The notes under the pieces: generated by a model
What the model saw: only the letters and a program-made list of their open reading frames with translations
Told to the model about the DNA's origin: nothing
The model's database searches: none
Part shown: positions 9,701 through 20,711 of the stretch, one piece after another
Layout: each line of letters opens with the position of its first letter
How positions within the stretch are numbered: the first letter of the stretch is position 1
Origin: Bacteroidales bacterium
GTDB taxonomy: Bacteria; Bacteroidota; Bacteroidia; Bacteroidales; UBA932
Assembly: GCA_024681565.1 (NCBI GenBank)
Contig: JAILAO010000084.1
Span: forward strand, 1-34,042
Direction: 5' to 3'
Length of the DNA: 34,042 nt
Made by a program: the position numbers and the translations under genes

Positions 9701-11365
9701 TTATTGGCAAAGTTGTTTCTTGAGTGCCGCGATCTTCTCGTCCGCATCATTGCCTTTGGCGCCGAAGTAGAACTTGATCTTGGGCTCGGTTCCGGACGGG
9801 CGGACGGACACGACATCCCCCGCTTCGTCAAAGAACTGAAGGACATTGGAAGACGGCTGGCCGGTCTTCTCGGGTTCGAGGTAGTCGATGACCTTCGTGA
9901 CCGGGGATCCCGCAAGCTCCTGCGGCGGATTGGCACGCAGGTCCACCATCATCTGCGGGATCTCGCGGGCGCCGGAGATACCCTTGCGGACGACGGAGAC
10001 GAGGCCTTCCTTGCGGTAGCCGTATTCGCGGTAGATCCGCTGCATCAGCTGGTAGAGGGACAGACCCTGGTCAGCCGCCCAGGCAGCACATTCGGCTACC
10101 ATCATCGCACTGACCTGCGCGTCCTTGTCGCGGACGAACTCGCCCACGTTGAAGCCGTAGCTTTCCTCGCCGCCGCAGATGAATTCGCCTCCCTCCGCTT
10201 CGTTGCGCTTGACGATCTCGGCAATGTACTTGAAGCCCGTAAGGACATTGTACACCGGGACATTGAAGCTCTTGCAGATATCGGTGATCAGCTCGGTGGT
10301 GACGATGGTCTTGACCACGTATTTGCCTTCGCCGAGTTTGTGGAGGTCGTTCCAGCGGTTGAGGATATAATAGGTCAGCATGGCTGCCGTCTGGTTGCCG
10401 TTGAAGAGGACCATCTTGCCTTCGTTGTCACGGACGGCGATGCCGAGACGGTCGGCGTCCGGGTCGGAACCCATCACCAGGTCGGCTCCGGTCTCATCCG
10501 CGCGGTCGATGGCCATCTTGAGGGCCGCCGGTTCCTCGGGATTCGGGGAGATCACGGTCGGGAAATTGCCGTCGGAGACATCCTGGTCAGGGACGTTGAT
10601 GACATTCTTGAAGCCCTTGCGGTGCAGGATCTCCGGGATCAGGCGCACGCCGCATCCGTGAAGCGGGGTATAGACGATCTTGAGGTCGCCGTGCTTCTGG
10701 CAGAGATCCGGGCTGAGACTCAGCGAAAGGAGGTCACGCAGGTAGCACTCGTCCACATCGGCGCCCATCGCCTCGATGCCGCCGCAGCGCAGGCCGGCTT
10801 CGAACTTCACCATCGACGGATCGGTGATCTTGGCCACCTCGGCCACGATCTCCTTGTCCACCGGGGAAGTCACCTGTCCGCCATCAGACCAGCTGACCTT
10901 GTAACCATTGTATTCCTTGGGATTGTGGGAAGCCGTGATCATCACGCCGGCCACGGCTTTCTTCAGCCGGACCGCGTAACTCATCTCGGGCGTAGGACGG
11001 ATGTTGTCGAAGACATAGACATGGATGCCGTTATTGGACAGGACGTCGGCCGTGATGCGGGCGAACTCCTTGCTGTTGTTGCGCGAATCGTAGGAAATAC
11101 AGACCTTCGGATCGTCGCCGTCGTAATGGGAAAGGATGTAGTTGGCGAGGCCCTGGGTAGCCATGCCGACCGTGTAGCGGTTCATCCGGTTGGTGCCCAC
11201 GCCCATGATACCGCGCAGACCGCCGGTTCCGAACTCCAGGTTCTTGTAGAAAGCATCCTCGAAGCCTGCAGGATCGCTGTTGCGGAGCTGGATGATCTTG
11301 AGCTTGGTTTCCTGGTCAAAGTCACCGTCGAGCCACTGCTGTGCTCTCTGTTCAAATTCTTTCAT
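9701..11365 (-). CDS. pgm: Phosphoglucomutase/phosphomannomutase (phospho-sugar mutase)
   Basis: FGTGGLRG, catalytic TASHNP, metal loop DPDADR, GEESYG, RPSGTEPKIK. Confidence 0.93.
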   Translation of the reverse strand: MKEFEQRAQQWLDGDFDQETKLKIIQLRNSDPAGFEDAFYKNLEFGTGGLRGIMGVGTNRMNRYTVGMATQGLANYILSHYDGDDPKVCISYDSRNNSKEFARITADVLSNNGIHVYVFDNIRPTPEMSYAVRLKKAVAGVMITASHNPKEYNGYKVSWSDGGQVTSPVDKEIVAEVAKITDPSMVKFEAGLRCGGIEAMGADVDECYLRDLLSLSLSPDLCQKHGDLKIVYTPLHGCGVRLIPEILHRKGFKNVINVPDQDVSDGNFPTVISPNPEEPAALKMAIDRADETGADLVMGSDPDADRLGIAVRDNEGKMVLFNGNQTAAMLTYYILNRWNDLHKLGEGKYVVKTIVTTELITDICKSFNVPVYNVLTGFKYIAEIVKRNEAEGGEFICGGEESYGFNVGEFVRDKDAQVSAMMVAECAAWAADQGLSLYQLMQRIYREYGYRKEGLVSVVRKGISGAREIPQMMVDLRANPPQELAGSPVTKVIDYLEPEKTGQPSSNVLQFFDEAGDVVSVRPSGTEPKIKFYFGAKGNDADEKIAALKKQLCQ

Positions 11366-11420
11366 ACTTGGTTATAGATTAGTAGTTATCGTATTCTGTC
11401 TGATTCGCGTACGAATTTGT

Positions 11421-11457
11421 CAAATATAAGAATTTTTCGGAGAAAGTGTTACTTTTG
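11421..11457. promoter_or_regulatory. Divergent -7 elements for pgm (-) and the methyltransferase (+)
   Basis: TATATTTG on minus (11428-11421); TACTTTTG on plus (11450-11457). Confidence 0.6.
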
Positions 11458-11462
11458 TATTG

Positions 11463-13782
<2,320 letters not shown>

Positions 13783-13885
13783 TCAGCCGCAAGTTAAGAA
13801 GAAATCCTGCGTCTGAATTTCACAATTGTGTCAAAATGATTTGGATATGAATCCGGGAGGCTTTACCGGTCCGGGCCGGCCATCA

Positions 13886-15718
13886 TCAGTCCAGCAGCCA
13901 TTTGCGCCAGAAAATCTGCTCGGCGGCGGCATCGTGCTCGTGCTGCCTGCCCCGATAGCCGTGCATCCCGTCGGGATAGATCCGCAGCTCGAACTGGTAG
14001 CCCGCCTGCTGAAGGGCGTCGACCAGTTGCAGGGTATTCTGGAAATGGACATTGTCATCCCCCGTCCCGTGCGTCAGGCAGAGGGCGTTCGGCAAGGGTT
14101 TCGGACCATCGCCTTCAAACACCTTCGGCACCCAGCTCATCACGGTCGCTTCGGCATAACCGTCGGGGTTGGCCTGCGGCGTATCCATGAAACGTTCGGT
14201 ATAATGCGTATCGTAGAGATGCCAGTCATAAACTCCGCCCCCGGCGATGCCGCAGCGGAAATACCCGGGATAGCGCAGCACCAGCATCGCGGTCGTCGTG
14301 CCGCCGAAGGAGAATCCCTTCACTCCGATGCGGGAGCCGTCCACATAAGGCAGCGCCTGGAGCCACTTCGCCCAGGCCACGTAATCCTGCAGTTCGATCA
14401 CCGTCATGCGGCGGAACGCCTGGTCCATCCCCCTGCGGCCGTTTTCTCCGGAGGAGCGGGGATCCACGACGATGTAGATCACACCGTTCTCATAGCACCA
14501 GGCATCCGAGGCGTCGCGGTCCCCCCAGCTGTCCCGCACGTAGGGCGTGCCGGGACCGCCGTAGAGCTGCATCTGGACCGGATATTTCTTCGTCGCATCG
14601 AAGCCCTTCGGCAGGGACATCAGTCCGTACAGGGTAAAGCCCCCGTTCTCGATCTGCACGATCTCCGGGAAAGGACGTTCCTCCGGCAGTTCCACAGGCA
14701 TCGGACGGGTTTCCATTGCATATTTATCCATGCGACCCGACAGCTCCTGCCAGGGAGAACGGGCCGTGGAGGCCCTGGCCGTGAAGCGTTTGCCGTCCTC
14801 GGAAACCTGCACGCCGACCACGTTGAGTCCGGGGTCGGTCAGGGCCGTGATCCGGCCTTTCGCGTCCAGGCGGTATAGCGTCGTATGCAAGCGGGAATCC
14901 CGCTTGGCCGTGAACCAGACGTCTCCCTTTTTCGCATCCACCTTCAGCAGGCGTATGTCCCAGTTCTCCCCTTCCGTCAGGCGCCGGAGAGAACCGTCAT
15001 AGCCCAGGAAATAGATCTGCTCCCAGCCCGTCTCGAAGTTGCGGGCCATGTAGAGGCCTTTGTCCGTGAAGATCATCCCTTCGATCCACTCCACCCAGGT
15101 CGGATACTCCTCGTGGTACACCTGGCGACGGGAACCGTCCGCGACGTTCACGGCATACAGGTCAAGCGTATTCTGCCGGCGCGGTTCGCGGGATACATAG
15201 AGTTCCCGGGAATCGGCACCCCAGAAAGGCGTGCCGAAATACTGTTCCGGTGAATCATCGAAATCCGCCCAGACCGGCTCTGCGCCGGCGCAGGCCTCGA
15301 TGATCCCGATGCGCACGGACGGATTCGGCTCCCCGGCCTTGGGATAACGCGTCTGCCGGAGGGTCCCGTCCTGTCCGAAAGGAGAATAGATGGGGAACAT
15401 CGGTACGGACGTATTGTCAAAGCGGTAGAACCCGAGACGCTGCGAATCCGGACTCCACCAGAACGCCTTGTAGCGGGAAGCGCGTCCGAAGATCTCCTCG
15501 TAATAGACCCAGGATGCATAGCCGTTGAGAATCAGTTCCGACCCGTCGAAAGTAAGACGGGTCTCCGTGGAGTCGGGCAGCGAGCGCACCCAGAGGTCTC
15601 CCCCGCGGGTAAAGGCCTCTTTCCGTCCGTCCGGAGACGGAGTCACATTTTGGTCCTGTGCCCGGAGGGATGTCCCTGCCAGACAGCATATAAACAGGAA
15701 GATCGTCAACTTTCTCAT
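13886..15718 (-). CDS. S9B dipeptidyl-peptidase IV family protein
   Basis: Signal peptide from ATG 15718; WVYYEEIF double-Glu, WWSPDS, YPKAG, GFSFGG (Ser), HGTGDDNVH (Asp), PDGMHG (His). Confidence 0.9.
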   Translation of the reverse strand: MRKLTIFLFICCLAGTSLRAQDQNVTPSPDGRKEAFTRGGDLWVRSLPDSTETRLTFDGSELILNGYASWVYYEEIFGRASRYKAFWWSPDSQRLGFYRFDNTSVPMFPIYSPFGQDGTLRQTRYPKAGEPNPSVRIGIIEACAGAEPVWADFDDSPEQYFGTPFWGADSRELYVSREPRRQNTLDLYAVNVADGSRRQVYHEEYPTWVEWIEGMIFTDKGLYMARNFETGWEQIYFLGYDGSLRRLTEGENWDIRLLKVDAKKGDVWFTAKRDSRLHTTLYRLDAKGRITALTDPGLNVVGVQVSEDGKRFTARASTARSPWQELSGRMDKYAMETRPMPVELPEERPFPEIVQIENGGFTLYGLMSLPKGFDATKKYPVQMQLYGGPGTPYVRDSWGDRDASDAWCYENGVIYIVVDPRSSGENGRRGMDQAFRRMTVIELQDYVAWAKWLQALPYVDGSRIGVKGFSFGGTTTAMLVLRYPGYFRCGIAGGGVYDWHLYDTHYTERFMDTPQANPDGYAEATVMSWVPKVFEGDGPKPLPNALCLTHGTGDDNVHFQNTLQLVDALQQAGYQFELRIYPDGMHGYRGRQHEHDAAAEQIFWRKWLLD

Positions 15719-17151
15719 ACAAAAAACCGGTCTTTGAAATTCACGAGATAAACTTTTCGGACGGCGCGGGTCAGCGCCGTATACAACCATTTGAGGTCAT
15801 CGAGCGTCTGCTCGTCCTGCCAGAACGGGCAGTCGATGAAAACGCAGTCCCACTGTCCTCCCTGGGACTTGTGGCAGGTGATCGCCTCGGCGTATTTGAG
15901 CTGGAGGGCATTGAAGTAAGGGTCCTCCCGGACCGCCTCCCAGATTTTCTTTTTGGTGCCCCGTTCGGCATAATCGGCAGAAACCCCCTGGTACAGGGTG
16001 TTCTGCTGCTCATAGGTCAGCGAAGCCGACTCGGACTCCAGGGTGTCCAGACAGACCTTGGCCCGGAGTTCCACGTCATCATAGTCCGGAAAACAGAGCG
16101 TCGCGTCTGCGAAATGCAGGCCGTAACGGTCTTCGAAATTTCCGATGCGGACCAGTTTGGCGATGTCCCCGTTGGCTATGTAATCCATCCCAGGAACGTC
16201 TTCCACGAACTGGTAGCAGTTCTTGACGATCATCAGTTTGTCGTCCCGCACGAGGCGTTCCTCTTTGAACTGGACCGTCGAACGCACCCCGAGATTGTAG
16301 CGGATCGCACGCTTGTTGGAGCGGCACAGGATCACGGTACCGTCCTCTCCGTAGCGCCCGTAAGCATCTGAAAGCGTTTCGATCAGTTCGCCTCCGCCGA
16401 TCCGTTCGATGTCGTCCGCACCGGCGAGGTCGAGTTGCCAGGAAGAGAAGGTCCCGTCGCCGCCGCTGCCGGCGATCATTTCACGCAGGTGCGTGGCATT
16501 GCGCAGGATGCCCGATTCGGCGGCCTGCCGCACCACCGACGTCAGTTCGCTGTAACGGACCCCGCCGAAACCGTCCATGAAAGCCTTGGAGAGCGCGGGA
16601 GACGCGTCCAGCCCCACAGGGGGCAGCTGGGCGGCGTCGCCGATCAGGACCAGGCGGCAGTCCAGTCCGTTGCGCACGAAAGAGACCAGGTCCTCCAGCA
16701 GGTTGCCGGAACCGAAGGCCGTAGTTCCCTGGGCTGAAGCCGCATCGATTCCGATCAGGGAGACTTCATCCACGACAAAAAGCGTCCCCCTGGCCTTGTT
16801 GGGCGCCAGCGAGAACTGTCCGTAACCGTCGCTGCCGACGGATTTCTGCCGATAGATATGCTTGTGGATGGTAAATGCCGGACGCCGGGAAATCCCGGCC
16901 AGCACCTTGGCCGCCCGACCGGTCGGAGCCAGCAGGACCGAGGGTGTGCCGACGTCTTTCAGCGCAGCGATGACCGCCGATATGGCCGTCGTCTTGCCGG
17001 TACCGGCATAACCGTTGACGACCAGGATGTCCGCATCATCGCAGGTCACGAAATCCGCCACCTCCCGGAACAGCCGGGACTGGCAGGGCGTAGGTTCCGC
17101 CTTGAAACGCTTCAGGAACTGTTGCTCCAGGAATCCCGCACGGTCCATCAT
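15715..17151 (-). CDS. RecD-like SF1B ATP-dependent DNA helicase
   Basis: GYAGTGKTT, LLAPTGRAA, VVDEVS, IGDAAQLPPV, AITCHKSQGGQW, LYTALTRA. Confidence 0.9.
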   Translation of the reverse strand: MMDRAGFLEQQFLKRFKAEPTPCQSRLFREVADFVTCDDADILVVNGYAGTGKTTAISAVIAALKDVGTPSVLLAPTGRAAKVLAGISRRPAFTIHKHIYRQKSVGSDGYGQFSLAPNKARGTLFVVDEVSLIGIDAASAQGTTAFGSGNLLEDLVSFVRNGLDCRLVLIGDAAQLPPVGLDASPALSKAFMDGFGGVRYSELTSVVRQAAESGILRNATHLREMIAGSGGDGTFSSWQLDLAGADDIERIGGGELIETLSDAYGRYGEDGTVILCRSNKRAIRYNLGVRSTVQFKEERLVRDDKLMIVKNCYQFVEDVPGMDYIANGDIAKLVRIGNFEDRYGLHFADATLCFPDYDDVELRAKVCLDTLESESASLTYEQQNTLYQGVSADYAERGTKKKIWEAVREDPYFNALQLKYAEAITCHKSQGGQWDCVFIDCPFWQDEQTLDDLKWLYTALTRAVRKVYLVNFKDRFFV

Positions 17152-18605
17152 CCCCGGGCCCGTTTGTCAAAGATCATCGCGACGACCGCCAGCACAGGAT
17201 AGATCTCGATCCGCCCCAGGAACATATCGACCGTAAAAAGCAGTTTGCCCAGCATGGGCACGCTGTTGAAAGAGCCCATCGTACCCAGGGCCCCGTAAGC
17301 CGGTCCCACATTGCCCAGACTCGTGACCGATGCGATGAAACTGTTCTGGTGGTCCACGCCGACCGCGAGACTGATCAGGATGGAAAGCGCCAGCAGGAAC
17401 CCGTACAGGGCAAGGTACAACAGGTGCGGAGAGACTTCCTCATCCCGCAGGATGCGGTCGCCCATCCGGACTTCATTGATCGAAGAAGGATGCAGGATGC
17501 TGTTGACCCGGCGTCCGGTCGCCTTGAAAAACAGGATCACACGGTCCACCTTGACACCGCCGGAGGTGGATCCGGCACTGCCGCACATGACGGCGGAGAA
17601 CATCAGGACCATGATGATCCAGAGCGGCCACCGGGCATTGTCCAGGATGGCGAATCCGGAAGTGGACGTGACGCAGAGCGTTTCGAAGAATCCGTTCCAC
17701 ACGGCATTCTTCCAGGTCGGGCAGATGCCGTTGAGCTTGAGGCCGGTCCCGACGACCAGCGCAACCACGACGATCGACAGGGTATAGAACTTCACGACCG
17801 GGTTGTTCAGCGGTTTCAGCGAACGCGTCACGACAGACAGGTACACCAGACCGAAGTGAATGGACGACAAGTACATGAAGACCATCGTGATGCCTTCGAT
17901 CCAGCGGGAATCAAAGGCCGCGATCGAAGTGTTGCGCGAACTGAATCCTCCTGTCGCACTGACGCTCATCGCATGGCAGATGGCGTCGAAAACGGGCATT
18001 CCGGCCAGCATGTAGGCGATGAACGAAAGCACCAGCAGGGCCAGGTAAACATATGCGAAGATATAGACGGTCTTGTTGGTCCGGGTGGAATAACCGCCCC
18101 GCGACAGCGAGGTCAGTTCCATGTTGGTCAGACGGATCTTCATCTGGTTGGAACCCGGAATCACGAGCAGCAGGAAGACGACGACTCCCAAACCGCCGAT
18201 GAAATGGGTGGAGGCACGCCAGAAAAGCAGGCTTTTCGGCAGGCCCTCCACATTGTCCAGGATGGTGGCGCCCGTCGTCGTGAATCCGCTCACGGACTCG
18301 AACCATGCGTTCTGCAGGGTGAACGGTCCCCCCCAGAGGGCATACGGGAGCATCCCGAAAATAAAGGAGAGCAACCAGGACAGGAAGATGATCACATAGC
18401 CTTCCTTCAAGGTAATCGCCGGCACGTTGCGGACGAAAATGAAGGGGAAAATCCCTACGATGAACGTGATCAGGAAAGAAATGGAGAGGGCGGCCAGCGC
18501 GGAATCATGGCCGTTCAGCAGGGATACGCCCACCGACAGCAGCATAAAGAGCGCACTGACCAGAAGGGCGAAACCGATATTCCTGCTGATGACCTTCCAA
18601 TTCAT
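17148..18605 (-). CDS. trkH: Trk system potassium uptake membrane protein
   Basis: Four P-loop segments (ESVSGFTTTGA, SATGGFS, TSTSGFA, LGNVGP), GSAGSTSGGVK loop, GRIEI; highly hydrophobic. Confidence 0.93.
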   Translation of the reverse strand: MNWKVISRNIGFALLVSALFMLLSVGVSLLNGHDSALAALSISFLITFIVGIFPFIFVRNVPAITLKEGYVIIFLSWLLSFIFGMLPYALWGGPFTLQNAWFESVSGFTTTGATILDNVEGLPKSLLFWRASTHFIGGLGVVVFLLLVIPGSNQMKIRLTNMELTSLSRGGYSTRTNKTVYIFAYVYLALLVLSFIAYMLAGMPVFDAICHAMSVSATGGFSSRNTSIAAFDSRWIEGITMVFMYLSSIHFGLVYLSVVTRSLKPLNNPVVKFYTLSIVVVALVVGTGLKLNGICPTWKNAVWNGFFETLCVTSTSGFAILDNARWPLWIIMVLMFSAVMCGSAGSTSGGVKVDRVILFFKATGRRVNSILHPSSINEVRMGDRILRDEEVSPHLLYLALYGFLLALSILISLAVGVDHQNSFIASVTSLGNVGPAYGALGTMGSFNSVPMLGKLLFTVDMFLGRIEIYPVLAVVAMIFDKRARG

Positions 18606-19426
18606 TGCCGACCCATCATCTTGATCCGGCTGCGAAACTGCCGGTTCTCGTTCGCCAGCTCGGTGATCCCGTTATTCAGCTGGGCAAGCTGGTCGTCACC
18701 GTCGAACTTGACGGTGTATTTCTTGTCCTGGGAGCGATAGGCGTCCAGGCCATCGAGCATCCTGTAAAGCGGATTGACATAATAGGCCAGCAGGAAGAGC
18801 AGCAGCATCAGGACGAGCAGCAGGCCCACGCCTACCGCCACGATACCCGGGATGATGCTCCGGTAGAATCCGCGCTCGAAAGTCTCGGAGTTCTTCTCCA
18901 GGTCCAGGTAAATGGCATGGGAGAGATATTCCAGGTCATTGCGCAGCCGCTCGTAGCGCGGTTGCAGCCGCTCGAAGTACCAGGACCGGGAATCAATGAA
19001 ATCCGACTGCATCACGTCCTCCAGTTCAAGCGAGGTGAGCATATAGGCGGAATACGAATACATCACCGAATCCGCCAGCGGACGGACCTGGTTGGAGGCG
19101 ACGCTCATCCGGAGCGAGTCGCAATGCGACTTGAAGTATCCGTCATCGAAATCCGGCACCCGCAGGGAGGTCTCGTCCCCGATCACTTCCAGGATCTGAA
19201 GGTTGTAGGTATTGCTCATGTCGGCCAGCCGGTTGGCTACGTTGATGCTGCTGATATCATCCGCAATCAGCTCCGAAACGTAGTTGCTCATGCTGGTGTA
19301 TTCCATCACCGAAATGATGGAGGAAACCAGCAGGATCACGGCGATCGAAGAAAGGCTCAAAATCAGCTTTGCCCGCATCGAAAGACGCGTAGACCGCAGG
19401 CATTTGAAGATTTTTCGGCTCGACAT
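18602..19426 (-). CDS. Membrane protein with TM, periplasmic four-helix-bundle-like sensor, TM and HAMP-like segment; no output domain
   Basis: TM1 LILSLSSIAVILLVSSIISV; ~150-aa helical region; TM2 IIPGIVAVGVGLLLVLMLLLFLLAYYV; HAMP-like NPLYRML...DDQLAQLNNGITEL; then stop. Confidence 0.7.
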   Translation of the reverse strand: MSSRKIFKCLRSTRLSMRAKLILSLSSIAVILLVSSIISVMEYTSMSNYVSELIADDISSINVANRLADMSNTYNLQILEVIGDETSLRVPDFDDGYFKSHCDSLRMSVASNQVRPLADSVMYSYSAYMLTSLELEDVMQSDFIDSRSWYFERLQPRYERLRNDLEYLSHAIYLDLEKNSETFERGFYRSIIPGIVAVGVGLLLVLMLLLFLLAYYVNPLYRMLDGLDAYRSQDKKYTVKFDGDDQLAQLNNGITELANENRQFRSRIKMMGRQ

Positions 19427-19451
19427 TATTAAATTCTTTCAAGAATAATGA

Positions 19452-19480
19452 CAAATATACGATTTTTTTGTATATTTTTG
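19452..19480. promoter_or_regulatory. Back-to-back -7 elements for the sensor-trkH operon (-) and ROK regulator (+)
   Basis: TATATTTG on minus (19459-19452); TATTTTTG on plus (19473-19480). Confidence 0.6.
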
Positions 19481-19504
19481 CGTTGACGCTTACTAGAACC
19501 GATT

Positions 19505-20707
19505 ATGACCTCCACATTCCTTAATGATACTTCGAGCAAAAATGCTACCGTCAAACGGGAGATTCTCAGGCTCTGCATCGCCCACAACAATTACAGTATC
19601 GCAGACTTCAGCCGTGCGCTGGGAATCAGTGTACCGACCATCACCAAATTCATCAGCGAACTGATCGAGGAGAATTTTCTCAAGGACGAAGGAAAGGTAG
19701 GCACTTCCGGCGGCCGCCGCCCCAGCGTGTACGGCCTCAATCCGGATGCAGGTTATTTTGTCGGGGTGGATGTGGCCCGGCATCATTTCCATATCGCCAT
19801 CAGCAACTTCAAGGGCGAGGTCATTTCTTATATCCAGGATATCGAGTTCGTTCTGGAAGCCACCGAGAATTCCTTCCGCACCATGTGCCGCATGGTCATG
19901 GACCAGGTGATCTCCTCCGGCATCCCCTGGATCAAGGTCCTCGGCGTCGGCGTGAGCCTGTCCGGCCGGGTCAACCCCGAAAAGGGATACAGCCTCACCT
20001 ATTTCGTCAGCGACGACCTCCCGCTCAAGAGCATTTTCCAGAAAGAATTCAACGTCCAGGTCAGCATCGAGAACGACTCCCGCGCCATGGCCTACGGCGA
20101 ATACATGTGCCTGGGCAAAAAGGCCGACCCCAACATGATCTTCATCAATGTCAGCTGGGGACTCGGCATGGGCATCATCATGGAGGGCCACCTTTACTAC
20201 GGAAAATCCGGTTATTCCGGTGAACTCGGGCACTTCCCCGTCCTGAACAACGACATCATCTGCCGCTGCGGCAAGGTCGGCTGCCTGGAGACCGGGGCCT
20301 CCGGTTCCGCCCTGCACCGGATGATCATCGAGAAGCTGGGCAAAGGCCATGCCTCTTCGATGTCCGCCACTTACAACAAAAAAGGCGACGTAGAGCTGGA
20401 CGAGATCCTGAAGGCCGTCGAGGAGGGAGACGTGCTCGCCATCGATGCCATCGGCAAGATCGGCGACACGCTGGGCCGGGGCATCTCCGGCGTACTCAAC
20501 GTCTTCAATCCCGGTCTCGTGGTCATCGGCGGCCGTCTGATCGTCGGCAAGGATTATCTGCTGCTGCCCATCAAGACGGCGGTCAACCGTCTTTCCCTGG
20601 CCCGCGTCTCTTCGGATACCACCATCATGCTCTCCCAACTGGGCCGCAAAGCCGCCTCCGTGGGTGACTGTCTGCTCTCCCGGTCCAAGGTTCTCGGCTT
20701 GATGTAG
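19505..20707 (+). CDS. ROK-family transcriptional repressor
   Basis: N-terminal HTH (SIADFSRALGISVPTITK), SGGRRP linker, IENDSRAMA, GLGMGII, GELGH, CRCGKVGCLE. Confidence 0.92.
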   Translation: MTSTFLNDTSSKNATVKREILRLCIAHNNYSIADFSRALGISVPTITKFISELIEENFLKDEGKVGTSGGRRPSVYGLNPDAGYFVGVDVARHHFHIAISNFKGEVISYIQDIEFVLEATENSFRTMCRMVMDQVISSGIPWIKVLGVGVSLSGRVNPEKGYSLTYFVSDDLPLKSIFQKEFNVQVSIENDSRAMAYGEYMCLGKKADPNMIFINVSWGLGMGIIMEGHLYYGKSGYSGELGHFPVLNNDIICRCGKVGCLETGASGSALHRMIIEKLGKGHASSMSATYNKKGDVELDEILKAVEEGDVLAIDAIGKIGDTLGRGISGVLNVFNPGLVVIGGRLIVGKDYLLLPIKTAVNRLSLARVSSDTTIMLSQLGRKAASVGDCLLSRSKVLGLM

Positions 20708-20711
20708 GTCT

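Noticed and set aside
15715-17151. Helicase as part of an anti-phage or mobile system
   Set aside because: No nuclease, methylase, integrase or other defence partner; looks like the ordinary Bacteroidota RecD-like helicase.
19505-20707. Naming the ROK regulator xylR
   Set aside because: It is about 10 kb from the xyl genes, no operator is visible, and as I recall the Bacteroides xylBAE regulator is NrtR-family rather than ROK.
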